A stretch of DNA of 64,000 bases from Octopus sinensis (Eukaryota): the NCBI RefSeq assembly GCF_006345805.1, contig NW_021836300.1, positions 3,718 to 67,717 on the forward strand, read 5' to 3'. Below, one piece after another: positions 58,924-64,000 of the stretch. The notes under the pieces are model-generated. The model worked only from the letters and a program-made list of their open reading frames with translations, was not told the origin of the DNA and searched no databases. Position 1 is the stretch's first letter, and each line of letters opens with the position of its first letter. The position numbers and the translations under genes were made by a program.

Positions 58924-59786
58924 ATACAATATGTTACATTACTCGGTGTCCAAGATAAAACTCTGAGTTTCAGATGCCGAAGTGGAAATCCACAACACCA
59001 TCTCTTCTTTAGCCAGATAACCGAAGAGATGGTGTTGTGGATTTCCACTTCGGCATCTGAAACTCAGTTTTATCTTGACTACCGAGTAATGTAACATATT
59101 GTATAGATAAATTTCCTCTATTTACATAATATTGAGGTCTCTCTTTCTTTCTTTTGTTATCTTACCGTTTATCAATATATATATATATATATATAATATA
59201 TATATATAAGTATTATTGGACGCTCAGGAAAGAGGAAAGAAAGAAGGTTTATGTTTTGAGCGGAGCTCTTCGTCGGAAACATAGGAGAAGGAAAGATCCA
59301 GAGAAGGGAAGACAGAGGAAAAAAATCGCCAGTGGTACACATGAGGTCATCCACATTTACGCAAAAAAAGGAAAAAACACTCCCTCACCAAGTTGCCTAA
59401 GTATAACAAAATAAAACTCAGTCAAGCAGGTTATGTTATGGGTTAACATGAATCGAGGGCCAAATGCATCAGGAGACAGGGGTAGCATGGATGGGTGAGT
59501 AGGGTGTTCAGAGAAAGATCAGAGTGGTAGGCGTGGGGTGGAGGGTCAGATTACATTCGGAAGTCCAATCAAACAGGGGAGCAAGGATATTTACGGTTGG
59601 GGTTACAGGTTCGGTTACACTCCTCCAGTGACATAAACCTATTTTCGTTTCCTGCACAGCCACTGTAGTTAAATGGCTGGCAGACAGCGTAGGGTGTGTC
59701 ATAGTACCAGACTTTCATGGTGTCGTTAAGGGCCAAGTCGTCCGGGCAGTCGGGGGAGCTGGGCTCCAGACTGCAGACTTCGATTT
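4612..59786 (-). CDS. Partial multi-exon gene: 14 tandem Kunitz/BPTI domains plus one Ig-like domain (papilin-like extracellular protein); 5' and 3' ends not found in window
   Basis: 15 exons read by eye with canonical AG/GT sites and compatible phases: 59595-59786, 54168-54371, 51996-52169, 44827-45021, 33982-34212, 29744-29962, 22304-22549, 21171-21341, 19021-19245, 16490-16744, 14946-15116, 9126-9308, 7407-7616, 6203-6551, 4612-4763. Total 3177 nt with no stop. A Kunitz array followed by Ig matches the C-terminal half of invertebrate papilins, but no TSP1, spacer or PLAC domain is in view, so no symbol is given. Confidence 0.9.
4876..5500 (-). mobile_element. tRNA-derived SINE family A (head GGCGCAGGAGTGGCTGTGTGGTAAG), one full and one partial tandem copy
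   Basis: Reverse complement of copies at 28476-28896, 36485-36889 and 43162-43590. B-box GGTTCAGTCCC, internal (TA)n and GTAAAAGA tail. Confidence 0.85.
6203..6551 (-). CDS. Exon K14: Kunitz domain (P1 Gln), linker and N-terminal half of Ig-like domain
   Basis: [52 protein letters not shown] followed by [18 protein letters not shown]. Acceptor aattacag, donor gtgagt, 349 nt, phase 1-2. Confidence 0.92.
6580..6968. repeat. (GGT)n microsatellite and degenerate GGT/GAT tract
   Basis: Pure TGG run at about 6870-6955 with a degenerate tract up to the K14 acceptor. Confidence 0.95.
7075..7390. repeat. A-rich GAATGAAAAA-type degenerate tandem repeat
   Basis: Repeated AAAAATGAATGAAAA / AAAAATGATTGAAAA blocks starting about 15 nt past the K13 donor. 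Confidence 0.85.
7407..7616 (-). CDS. Exon K13, Kunitz domain (P1 Tyr) plus linker
   Basis: [53 protein letters not shown]. Acceptor tttctacag, donor gtaagt, 210 nt, phase 1-1. Confidence 0.93.
7715..8415 (-). mobile_element. CR1-type LINE 3' fragment with (ATT)n tail and tandemly duplicated 3' segment
   Basis: ORF 8015-8341 [17 protein letters not shown]...[14 protein letters not shown] is a typical CR1 C-terminus. About 120 bp at 7868-7990 is duplicated at 7990-8110. Confidence 0.8.
8448..9100 (+). mobile_element. SINE family A interrupted by a SINE family B copy (8476-8708)
   Basis: 14-bp duplication TGTGTGGTAAGTAG at 8462-8475 and 8709-8722 flanks the inner element. Confidence 0.85.
9126..9308 (-). 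CDS. Exon K12, Kunitz domain (P1 Lys, trypsin-type)
   Basis: [53 protein letters not shown]. Acceptor ttcatttcag, donor gtgagt, 183 nt, phase 1-1. Confidence 0.93.
9329..9841 (+). mobile_element. Non-autonomous Helitron
   Basis: A|TC...CTAG|T with subterminal hairpin; paralog of 1910-2424. Confidence 0.85.
9930..10580. repeat. Minisatellite, 75-bp unit, about 8 copies
   Basis: AAAGTACCCAGGAACTAGATGGCTTTGATAAAACAGGGAACAAATTAAGGCTCCTTACCCGTGTAGCTTCTGTTC; period 75 (10251 to 10326). Confidence 0.95.
10905..11862 (-). mobile_element. SINE family A with its about 180-bp head segment repeated four times, joined by (TA)n
   Basis: One tail at about 10905 followed by four head copies, each ending in ACAGCCACTCCT(AT)n. 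Confidence 0.85.
12035..12422 (+). mobile_element. Non-autonomous Helitron, second subfamily
   Basis: A|TCTCTCTCTATATAAACGGCAG...CTAG|T with the same 3' hairpin. Paralog at 24545-24921. Confidence 0.85.
12690..13300 (-). mobile_element. Two tandem tRNA-derived SINEs (head resembling GGAGGCACATGGCCCAGTGGTTAGAGCAGC)
   Basis: Two about 300-bp related copies; further copy at about 27460-27728. Confidence 0.75.
14050..14850 (-). mobile_element. Tandem array of SINE family B segments
   Basis: Three to four repeats of CCCACAAGGGGCTAAACACAGAG...GGCAGACGAAATAC. Confidence 0.8.
14946..15116 (-). CDS. Exon K11, Kunitz domain (P1 Ser)
   Basis: [53 protein letters not shown]. Acceptor ctatttcag, donor gtaagt, 171 nt, phase 1-1. 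Confidence 0.93.
15548..15844 (+). mobile_element. Short non-autonomous Helitron
   Basis: A|TC...CTAG|T; internally deleted relative to 1910-2424. Confidence 0.8.
15888..16390 (+). mobile_element. 5'-truncated CR1 LINE with (TAAC)n tail
   Basis: ORF 15955-16305 [25 protein letters not shown]...[13 protein letters not shown]. Flanked by a 41-bp direct repeat at 15847-15887 and 16391-16431. Confidence 0.88.
16490..16744 (-). CDS. Exon K10, Kunitz domain (P1 Tyr) plus Pro/Thr linker
   Basis: [52 protein letters not shown]. Acceptor tctccatag, donor gtcagt, 255 nt, phase 1-1. Confidence 0.93.
16825..17320 (-). mobile_element. Abundant (GAT)n-tailed interspersed repeat (non-LTR/SINE-like) with internal about 60-bp repeats
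   Basis: Related copies at about 13690-13850, 23915-24465, 26690-27280, 35470-35860, 37360-37680 and 49065-49370, ending AAACGATGATGATG. Confidence 0.75.
17404..17640 (+). mobile_element. tRNA-derived SINE family C, 5' part
   Basis: Head GGAGGCGCAATGGCCCAGTGGTTAGGGCAGC. Reverse copies at 51205-51508 and 63545-63928. Confidence 0.75.
17870..18160. repeat. Long (TA)n microsatellite; similar tracts at 29330-29710, 51520-51845 and 58180-58925
   Basis: Direct reading. Confidence 0.95.
18220..18930. mobile_element. Inverted pair of SINE family B copies plus tandem partial copies
   Basis: 18221-18360 is the reverse complement of about 18508-18650, with about 150 bp between them. Confidence 0.8.
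19021..19245 (-). CDS. Exon K9, Kunitz domain (P1 Tyr) plus Thr-rich linker
   Basis: [53 protein letters not shown]. Acceptor tcttccag, donor gtgagt, 225 nt, phase 1-1. Confidence 0.93.
19387..19812. repeat. 66-bp minisatellite with internal inversion (about 2 units forward, about 4.5 units reverse)
   Basis: GAGGCTCAACCTTCC...GGGCCTAGTTT starts at 19515, 19581, 19647, 19713 and 19779; its reverse complement occupies 19387-19513. Confidence 0.92.
19875..21087 (-). mobile_element. LINE (RTE-like) 3' fragment whose about 234-bp ORF segment is tandemly amplified about 4.5 times
   Basis: Repeating peptide [33 protein letters not shown]; periods 234, 232, 229 and 234; (ATG)n tail at about 19878-19890. 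Confidence 0.8.
21171..21341 (-). CDS. Exon K8, Kunitz domain (P1 Thr)
   Basis: [53 protein letters not shown]. Acceptor tctccacag, donor gtatgt, 171 nt, phase 1-1. Confidence 0.93.
21570..21809. repeat. Fold-back hairpin element with 103-bp arms (1 mismatch seen) and 34-nt loop
   Basis: Arms 21570-21672 and 21707-21809. Related hairpins at 57156-57406 and 58921-59107. Confidence 0.9.
22304..22549 (-). CDS. Exon K7, Kunitz domain (P1 Tyr) plus Thr-rich linker
   Basis: [53 protein letters not shown]. Acceptor tttatgcag, donor gtaagt, 246 nt, phase 1-1. Confidence 0.93.
22583..23410. repeat. Complex CA/CATA/CT microsatellite with higher-order duplication
   Basis: Blocks such as CATTCATTTATACATCCATACATCCGTCCATACAAAC recur three times. 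Confidence 0.85.
24545..24921 (+). mobile_element. Non-autonomous Helitron, second subfamily
   Basis: A|TC...CTAG|T; paralog of 12035-12422. Confidence 0.85.
25331..25575. repeat. AT-rich imperfect fold-back element embedded in (TA)n
   Basis: TATAAATTAGAGATAAAACCAC...AAATAAATTAATTAA is mirrored by TTAATTAATTTATTT...GTGGTTTTATCTCTAATTTATA. Confidence 0.7.
28065..28325. repeat. Degenerate about 20-25-bp minisatellite built on AAAATTTTCGAAAAATTTT
   Basis: About 12 degenerate units. Confidence 0.85.
28476..28896 (+). mobile_element. Full-length SINE family A; others at 36485-36889, 38976-39375 (5'-truncated) and 43162-43590
   Basis: tRNA-like head, internal (TA)n/(TG)n and GTAAAAGA tail. Confidence 0.85.
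29744..29962 (-). CDS. Exon K6, Kunitz domain (P1 Leu) plus Pro/Thr linker
   Basis: Manual translation [53 protein letters not shown] (the ORF track starts mid-domain). Acceptor ccattccag, donor gtcagt, 219 nt, phase 1-1. Confidence 0.93.
29965..31300. repeat. GAATG-rich minisatellite, about 190-bp unit, about 7 copies, abutting the K6 acceptor
   Basis: AGCAGATTAGTGGATTGGCA recurs at about 29994, 30184, 30370, 30560, 30750, 30940 and 31129. Confidence 0.93.
31700..32185. repeat. 158-bp GAATG-rich tandem repeat, 3 copies; a fourth at about 33805-33960
   Basis: AGAATGCTGAAAATA at 31713, 31871 and 32029. Confidence 0.88.
32331..33798 (-). mobile_element. Full-length mariner DNA transposon (Tc1/mariner), decayed
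   Basis: Perfect 30-bp TIRs TTGGGTTGTCCGGAAAGTTTGTGCCGATTT, TA on both sides (32329-32330 and 33799-33800), 1468 bp including a 184-bp internal duplication. Confidence 0.96.
32588..33616 (-). pseudogene. Mariner transposase pseudogene
   Basis: Fragments 33431-33616 ([21 protein letters not shown]), 33119-33352 (WVPHEL, TGDEKW) and 32588-32917 ([20 protein letters not shown]), separated by stops or frameshifts. Confidence 0.93.
33982..34212 (-). CDS. Exon K5, Kunitz domain (P1 Tyr) plus Thr/Ser linker
   Basis: [53 protein letters not shown]. Acceptor ccattccag, donor gttagt, 231 nt, phase 1-1. Confidence 0.93.
34215..34810. repeat. Degenerate GGAATGGTAGAAT-rich tandem repeats abutting the K5 acceptor
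   Basis: Direct reading; same motif class as upstream of K6 and K9. Confidence 0.8.
35968..36303 (+). mobile_element. tRNA-derived SINE family D (core TGTGTTCTTGAGCAAGACAC)
   Basis: Head GGCGCGTGGCTCAGTGGTTAGAGCG. Reverse copies at about 45990-46328 and 52500-54085; related head at about 5670-5800. Confidence 0.78.
39590..40650 (-). mobile_element. Cluster and tandem array of SINE family B
   Basis: Three near-identical about 185-bp segments at 40060-40650 plus a copy at 39600-39740. Confidence 0.8.
41070..41850. repeat. About 119-bp minisatellite with two short inverted segments
   Basis: Unit ...CAGAACAGGACGATACACGTGGATGGAAGAGTCACTGAAGAAGGCACAGATGTGTGATG...; reverse-complement pieces at about 41074-41110 and 41311-41348. 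Confidence 0.85.
42690..43130 (-). mobile_element. Probable Tx1/L1-type LINE 3' fragment with partial tandem duplication
   Basis: Minus-strand translation [36 protein letters not shown] resembles recalled Tx1-type C-termini. 42701-42822 duplicates part of 42865-42995. Confidence 0.45.
44150..44765. repeat. Complex (GA)n/(GATA)n microsatellite downstream of the K4 donor; (AAC)n/(TAC)n tracts at 43875-44105
   Basis: Direct reading. Confidence 0.93.
44827..45021 (-). CDS. Exon K4, Kunitz domain (P1 Tyr) plus linker
   Basis: [52 protein letters not shown]. Acceptor gtcaccag, donor gtaagg, 195 nt, phase 1-1. Confidence 0.93.
47047..48061 (-). mobile_element. Composite Helitron with two 5' ends sharing one 3' end
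   Basis: 5' TC termini at 48061 and 47546; a single, slightly mutated 3' hairpin end near 47047-47075; internal about 100-bp repeats. Confidence 0.7.
49468..49619. repeat. Fold-back hairpin (about 73-bp arms)
   Basis: GTGTACATTTAAACACATTAAGG...AAAGTCCAAACCA mirrored around 49540-49547. A single-arm relative lies at about 45805-45990. Confidence 0.88.
49850..50900 (+). mobile_element. Penelope-like element GIY-YIG endonuclease 3' fragment, split by an RTE insertion
   Basis: [46 protein letters not shown], resuming after about 50640 as [13 protein letters not shown]. Confidence 0.7.
50065..50640 (-). mobile_element. RTE LINE 3' fragment with tandemly duplicated C-terminal segment
   Basis: Minus-strand translation [16 protein letters not shown]...[23 protein letters not shown] (RTE C-terminal Cys/His motif); 3' end GGATGCCAACAAC; about 230-bp duplication. 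Confidence 0.75.
50984..51117. repeat. Fold-back hairpin with 58-bp perfect arms; relative at 57585-57709
   Basis: Arms 50984-51041 and 51060-51117, just downstream of the Penelope-like fragment and next to (TA)n. Confidence 0.9.
51996..52169 (-). CDS. Exon K3, divergent Kunitz domain
   Basis: [53 protein letters not shown]: six Cys at canonical 8-15-7-12-3 spacing. Acceptor ccatttcag, donor gtaaga, 174 nt, phase 1-1. Confidence 0.85.
52500..54085 (-). mobile_element. Tandemly duplicated SINE family D units (about 330-bp period)
   Basis: Four copies of GCAACTCATTTCTACAGCTGAG...GTCTTGCTCAAGAAC; a CA-rich spacer is shared by the first copies. Confidence 0.8.
52850..53125 (+). mobile_element. 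Candidate solo LTR (or small TIR element), 276 bp
   Basis: Termini TGTGGTGT...ACACCACA (8-bp inverted repeat, TG...CA), 5-bp TSD GACCC at 52845-52849 and 53126-53130. Empty site in the neighbouring duplicate at about 53451-53470. Confidence 0.75.
54168..54371 (-). CDS. Exon K2, Kunitz domain (P1 Tyr) plus linker
   Basis: [52 protein letters not shown]. Acceptor ttctacag, donor gtaaga, 204 nt, phase 1-1. Confidence 0.93.
54727..55680. repeat. 48-bp minisatellite, about 20 copies
   Basis: ACAAAAGACAAATATATATTGGGATATTAAGATGGTGTTTGGGACATC with variant units containing ACCACAACAGACAGATAAAC. Confidence 0.95.
59595..59786 (-). CDS. Exon K1, atypical Kunitz domain with 6-residue loop insertion
   Basis: [59 protein letters not shown]. 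Acceptor tttctttcag, donor gtaaat, 192 nt, phase 1-1. Confidence 0.9.
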
Positions 59787-59864
59787 CTGAAAGAAACAGA
59801 CAAACACACAACCACGCAGGCACACAAGCATGGTGGCAGCGGTGGTTGTGGTGAGGCATGGTTG

Positions 59865-62800
59865 AATGAATGAGTGTGTGAATGAGTTTAATGAATGAAT
59901 GAAGGCTTGGAAAAAGGGATGAATGAGTAAATAAATGAATGAGTGTGTGAATGAGTTTAATGAATGAATGAAGGATTGGAAAAAAGGGATGAATGAGTAA
60001 ATAAATGAATGAGTGTGTGAATGAGTTTAATGAATGAATGAAGGATTGGAAAAAAGGGATGAATGAGTGTGTGAATGGTAGATTGAAAAATGAATGAAGG
60101 ATTGAAAAAAATTAATGAATGAGTGAATTATTGAATGAAAAATGAATGAAGGAAGGATTGGAAAAAATGAATGAATGAGAGAATGAATGAGAGAATGAAT
60201 GAGAGAATGAGAGAATGAATGAGAGAATGAGAGAATGAATGAGAGAAAGAATGAAAGATTGAAAAAATGTGTGAATGGGTGAATGGTAGAATGAAAAATG
60301 AATGAATGAAAGATTGTAAAACAAATGAATGAGTGAATAGTAGAATGAAAATGGATGAATGAATGAATGAATGAATGAATGAATGAAGGATTAAGAAAAC
60401 AGAATTAATGAATGAGTGAATAGTAGAATGGAAAATGAATGAAGGGTTGAAAAAAACGAATGAATCAGTAAATGAATGGAAGATTGAAAAAAATGAATGA
60501 ATGAAAAATGGAAGAATGAAGGATTGAACGAAAAATGATTGAATGAAGGATTGAAAAAACGAATGTATGAGTGAATGGTAAAATTAAAAATGAATGAATG
60601 AGTGAATGGTAGAATGAAATATGAATGAATGAAGGATTGACAAAACAAATGGATAAGTGAATGGTAGAATGAAAAATGAATGAACGATGGCTTGAAAAAA
60701 ACAGATGAATGAATGAATGGCACAATGAATGAGTGGATTAAAGACAAAATGATATGATGAATAAATAAGACAAGCAACAAAGGAATGAGAGAAAAAAATG
60801 AATGAGTGAGTGAATGAATTTAATGAATGAATGAAGGATTGGAAAAATGGAGTGAATGAATGAGTGAATGGTAGACTGAAATATGAATGAAGGATTGAAA
60901 AAAATGAATGAATGTATGAATTGTAGAACGTAAAATGAAGGAAGGAAGGATTGGAAAAAATGAATGAATGAGAGAATGAATGAGAGAATGAATGAAAGAT
61001 TGAAAAAATGTGTGAATGGGTGAATGGTAGAATGAAAAATGAATGAATGAAAGATTGTAAAACAAATGAATGAGTGAGTGAATGTGTAAATGAAAGAATG
61101 TGTGAATAAGTAAGAGAATGAAAGAATGACTGAATGACTGAATGAGTAAAGAAGGAAATGAATGAATGAGTGATGAAAAGAATGAGTGAATAAGTGAAAG
61201 AATGGAAAAATTATTGAATGAGTGAATGAGTGAATGAATGAGTGATGAAAAGAATGAGTGAATAAGTGAAAGAATGGAAAATTATTGAATGAGTGAATGA
61301 ATGAGTGATGAAAAGAATGAGTGAATAAGTGAAAGAATGGAAAATTATTGAATGAGTGAATGAATGAGTGAGGAAATGAATGAGTGAATAAGTGAAAGAA
61401 TGGAAAAATTATTGAATGAGTGAATGAATGAGTGATGAAAAGAATGAGTGAATAAGTGAAAGAATGGAAAAATTATTGAATGAGTGAATGAATGAGTGAC
61501 GAAAAGAATGAGTGAATAAGTGAAAGAATGGAAAAATTATTGAATGAGTGAATGAATGAGTGATGAAAAGAATGAGTGAATAAGTGAAAGAATGGAAAAA
61601 TTATTGAATGAGTGAGGAAATGAATGAGTGAATAAGTGAAAGAATGGAAAAATTATTGAATGAGTGAATGAATGAGTGAGGAAATGAATGAGTGAATAAG
61701 TGAAAGAATGGAAAAATTATTGAATGAGTGAATGAATGAGTGAGGAAATGAATGAGTGAATAAGTGAAAGAATGGAAAAATTATTGAATGAGTGAATGAG
61801 TGAATGAATGAGTGATGAAAAGAATGAGTGAATAAGTGAAAGAATGGAAAAATTATTGAATGAGTGAATGAATGAGTGATGAAAAGAATGAGTGAATAAG
61901 TGAAAGAATGGAAAAATTATTGAATGAGTGAATGAATGAGTGAGGAAATGAATGAGTGAATAAGTGAAAGAATGGAAAAATTATTGAATGAGTGAATGAA
62001 TGAGTGAGGAAATGAATGAGTGAATAAGTGAAAGAATGGAAAAATTTTGAATATATGAGGAATGAATGAGAGGAAATGAATGAGTGAATGAATGAGTGAG
62101 GAATGAAATGAGGAATAAGTGAAAGAATGGAAAAATTATTGAATGAGTAATGAATGAGTGAGGAATGAATGATGTGAATAGTGAAAAGATTGAAATTATG
62201 AATGAGTGAATGCTCGTGAATGAATGAGGAGTGATGAAAAGAATGAGTGAATAAGTGAAAGAATGGAAAAATTATGAATGAGTGAATGAATGAGTGAGGA
62301 AATGAATGAATGAATAAGTGAAAGAATGGAAAAATTATGAATGAGTGGGTAATGAGGATGAGAGTGATGAAAAGAATGAGTGTGAATAAGTGAAAGAATG
62401 GAAAAATTGATTGAATGAGTGAATGAATGAGTGAGGAAATGAATGAGTGAATAAGTGAAAGAATGGAAAATTATTGAATGAGTGATGAAAGAATGAAGTG
62501 AATAAGTGAAAGAATGGAAAAAAAAAAAATTATGATGGGGATGAATGAGTGAGGAAATGAATGAGTGAATAAATGAAAGAATGGAAAAATTATTGAATGA
62601 GTGAATGAATGAGTGATGAAAAGAATGAGTGAATAAGTGAAAGAATGGAAAATTATTGAATGAGTGAATGAATGAGTGATGAAAAGAATGAGTGAATAAG
62701 TGAAAGAATGGAAAATTATTGAATGAGTGAATGAATGAGTGATGAAAAGAATGAGTGAATAAGTGAAAGAATGGAAAAATTATTGAATGAGTGAATGAAT

Positions 62801-63250
62801 GAGTGATGAAAAGAATGAGTGAATAAGTGAAAGAATGGAAAAATTATTGAATGAGTGAATGAATGAGTGATGAAAAGAATGAGTGAATAAGTGAAAGAAT
62901 GGAAAAATTATTGAATGAGTGAATGAATGAGTGATGAAAAGAATGAGTGAATAAGTGAAAGAATGGAAAATTATTGAATGAGTGAATGAATGAGTGATGA
63001 AAAGAATGAGTGAATAAGTGAAAGAATGGAAAAATTATTGAATGAGTGAATGAGTGAGGAAATGAATGAGTGAGGAAATGAATGAGTGAGGAAATGAATG
63101 AGTGAGGAAATGAATGAGTGAGGAAATGAATGAGTGAATAAGTGAAAGAATGGAAAAATTATTGAATGAGTGAATGAGTGAATGAATGAGTGATGAAATG
63201 AGTGACAGAATGAAATAAGCAGTGACAGAAATGACAACAGAATGAATAAG
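59865..63250. repeat. 3.4-kb GAAT/GAGT-rich satellite with a 64-bp higher-order unit in its right half
   Basis: AAGTGAAAGAATGGAAAAATTATTGAATGAGTGAATGAATGAGTGATGAAAAGAATGAGTGAAT; period 64 (62761 to 62825). Confidence 0.93.
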
Positions 63251-63544
63251 CCATTGAAAGCAAAAGCAGCAACAACAACAACAACAACAACAATAGCAGC
63301 AGCAGCAAATGAGCACATCACTCAGATATGCTAACGAGCTAATCCAGATATGCTAACGAGCTAATCTCGAGCTGTTGGTATTAAACTAAGAGATGGACTC
63401 TCCTAAAGGTGATGGTATTAAACCAAATGGCAAATAGGGTCCAGCACTCTAGGGGTCTCTGATACAGGTACTGAGGGGGTCAGGCGATGGTATCGAGCCA
63501 GGTCATAGTTTAAGTCTTCCACACCAGGGGACATTTCTTAGGGG

Positions 63545-63928
63545 ATGGAAGCACTCCGTCGGTTACGACGACGAGGGTTCCGGTTGATCCGAATCAACGG
63601 AACAGCCTGCTCGTGAAATTAACGTGTAAGTGGCTGAGCACTCCACAGACACGTGTACCCTTAACATAGTTCTCGGGGATATTCAGCGTGACACAGAGAG
63701 TGACAAGGCCGGCCCTTTGAAATACAGGTACAACAGAAACAGGAAGTAAGAGTGAGAGAAAGTTGCGGTGAAAGAGTACAGCAGGGATCACCACCATCCC
63801 CTGCCGGAGCCTCGTGGAGCTTTAGGTGTTTTCACTCAATAAACACTCACAACGCCCGGTCTGGGAATTGAAACCGCGATCCTATGCCCACGAGTCCGCT
63901 GCCCTAACCACTGGGCCATTGCGCCTCC
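63545..63928 (-). mobile_element. SINE family C, apparently full length
   Basis: Its 5' part is the reverse complement of 17404-17640; it extends further 3'. Confidence 0.78.
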
Positions 63929-64000
63929 ACTCTTAGGGGATAGTGTAGGCTTAAAGCAGCACTCAGTTTAACGTCCCCACCTGGCACCCAGTGCAGATTC

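Noticed and set aside
4612-59786. Calling the gene a venom Kunitz toxin or assigning the symbol PAPLN
   Set aside because: The Ig domain and array size favour a papilin-like matrix protein over a small toxin, but the diagnostic N-terminal papilin cassette and PLAC domain are not in view, so orthology cannot be confirmed.

Overview
Eukaryotic, repeat-rich genomic DNA, most likely from an octopus (inferred from recalled tRNA-derived SINE families, RTE/CR1/Penelope fragments, Helitrons and very long TA/CA/GA microsatellites; not database-checked). The one host gene found is an internal part of a large minus-strand gene. Fifteen GT-AG exons between 59786 and 4612 splice into a stop-free frame of 3177 nt (about 1059 codons) encoding 14 tandem Kunitz/BPTI domains (K1-K14) followed by one Ig-like domain, a papilin-like architecture. 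Neither the start nor the end of the gene was found. K1-K13 each occupy one phase 1-1 exon, so any subset could be skipped in frame. Eight domains form a related subfamily, seven of them with P1 Tyr. K5, K6 and K9 look like recent exon duplicates, and K6 has a diverged reactive loop. The introns hold private minisatellites, several long fold-back hairpins, strand-biased GAATG (YCAY on the transcript) repeats next to exons, a full-length decayed mariner, and a candidate solo LTR with an antisense promoter-like motif cluster and splice donor. No CRISPR arrays, rRNA or intact tRNA genes were seen.
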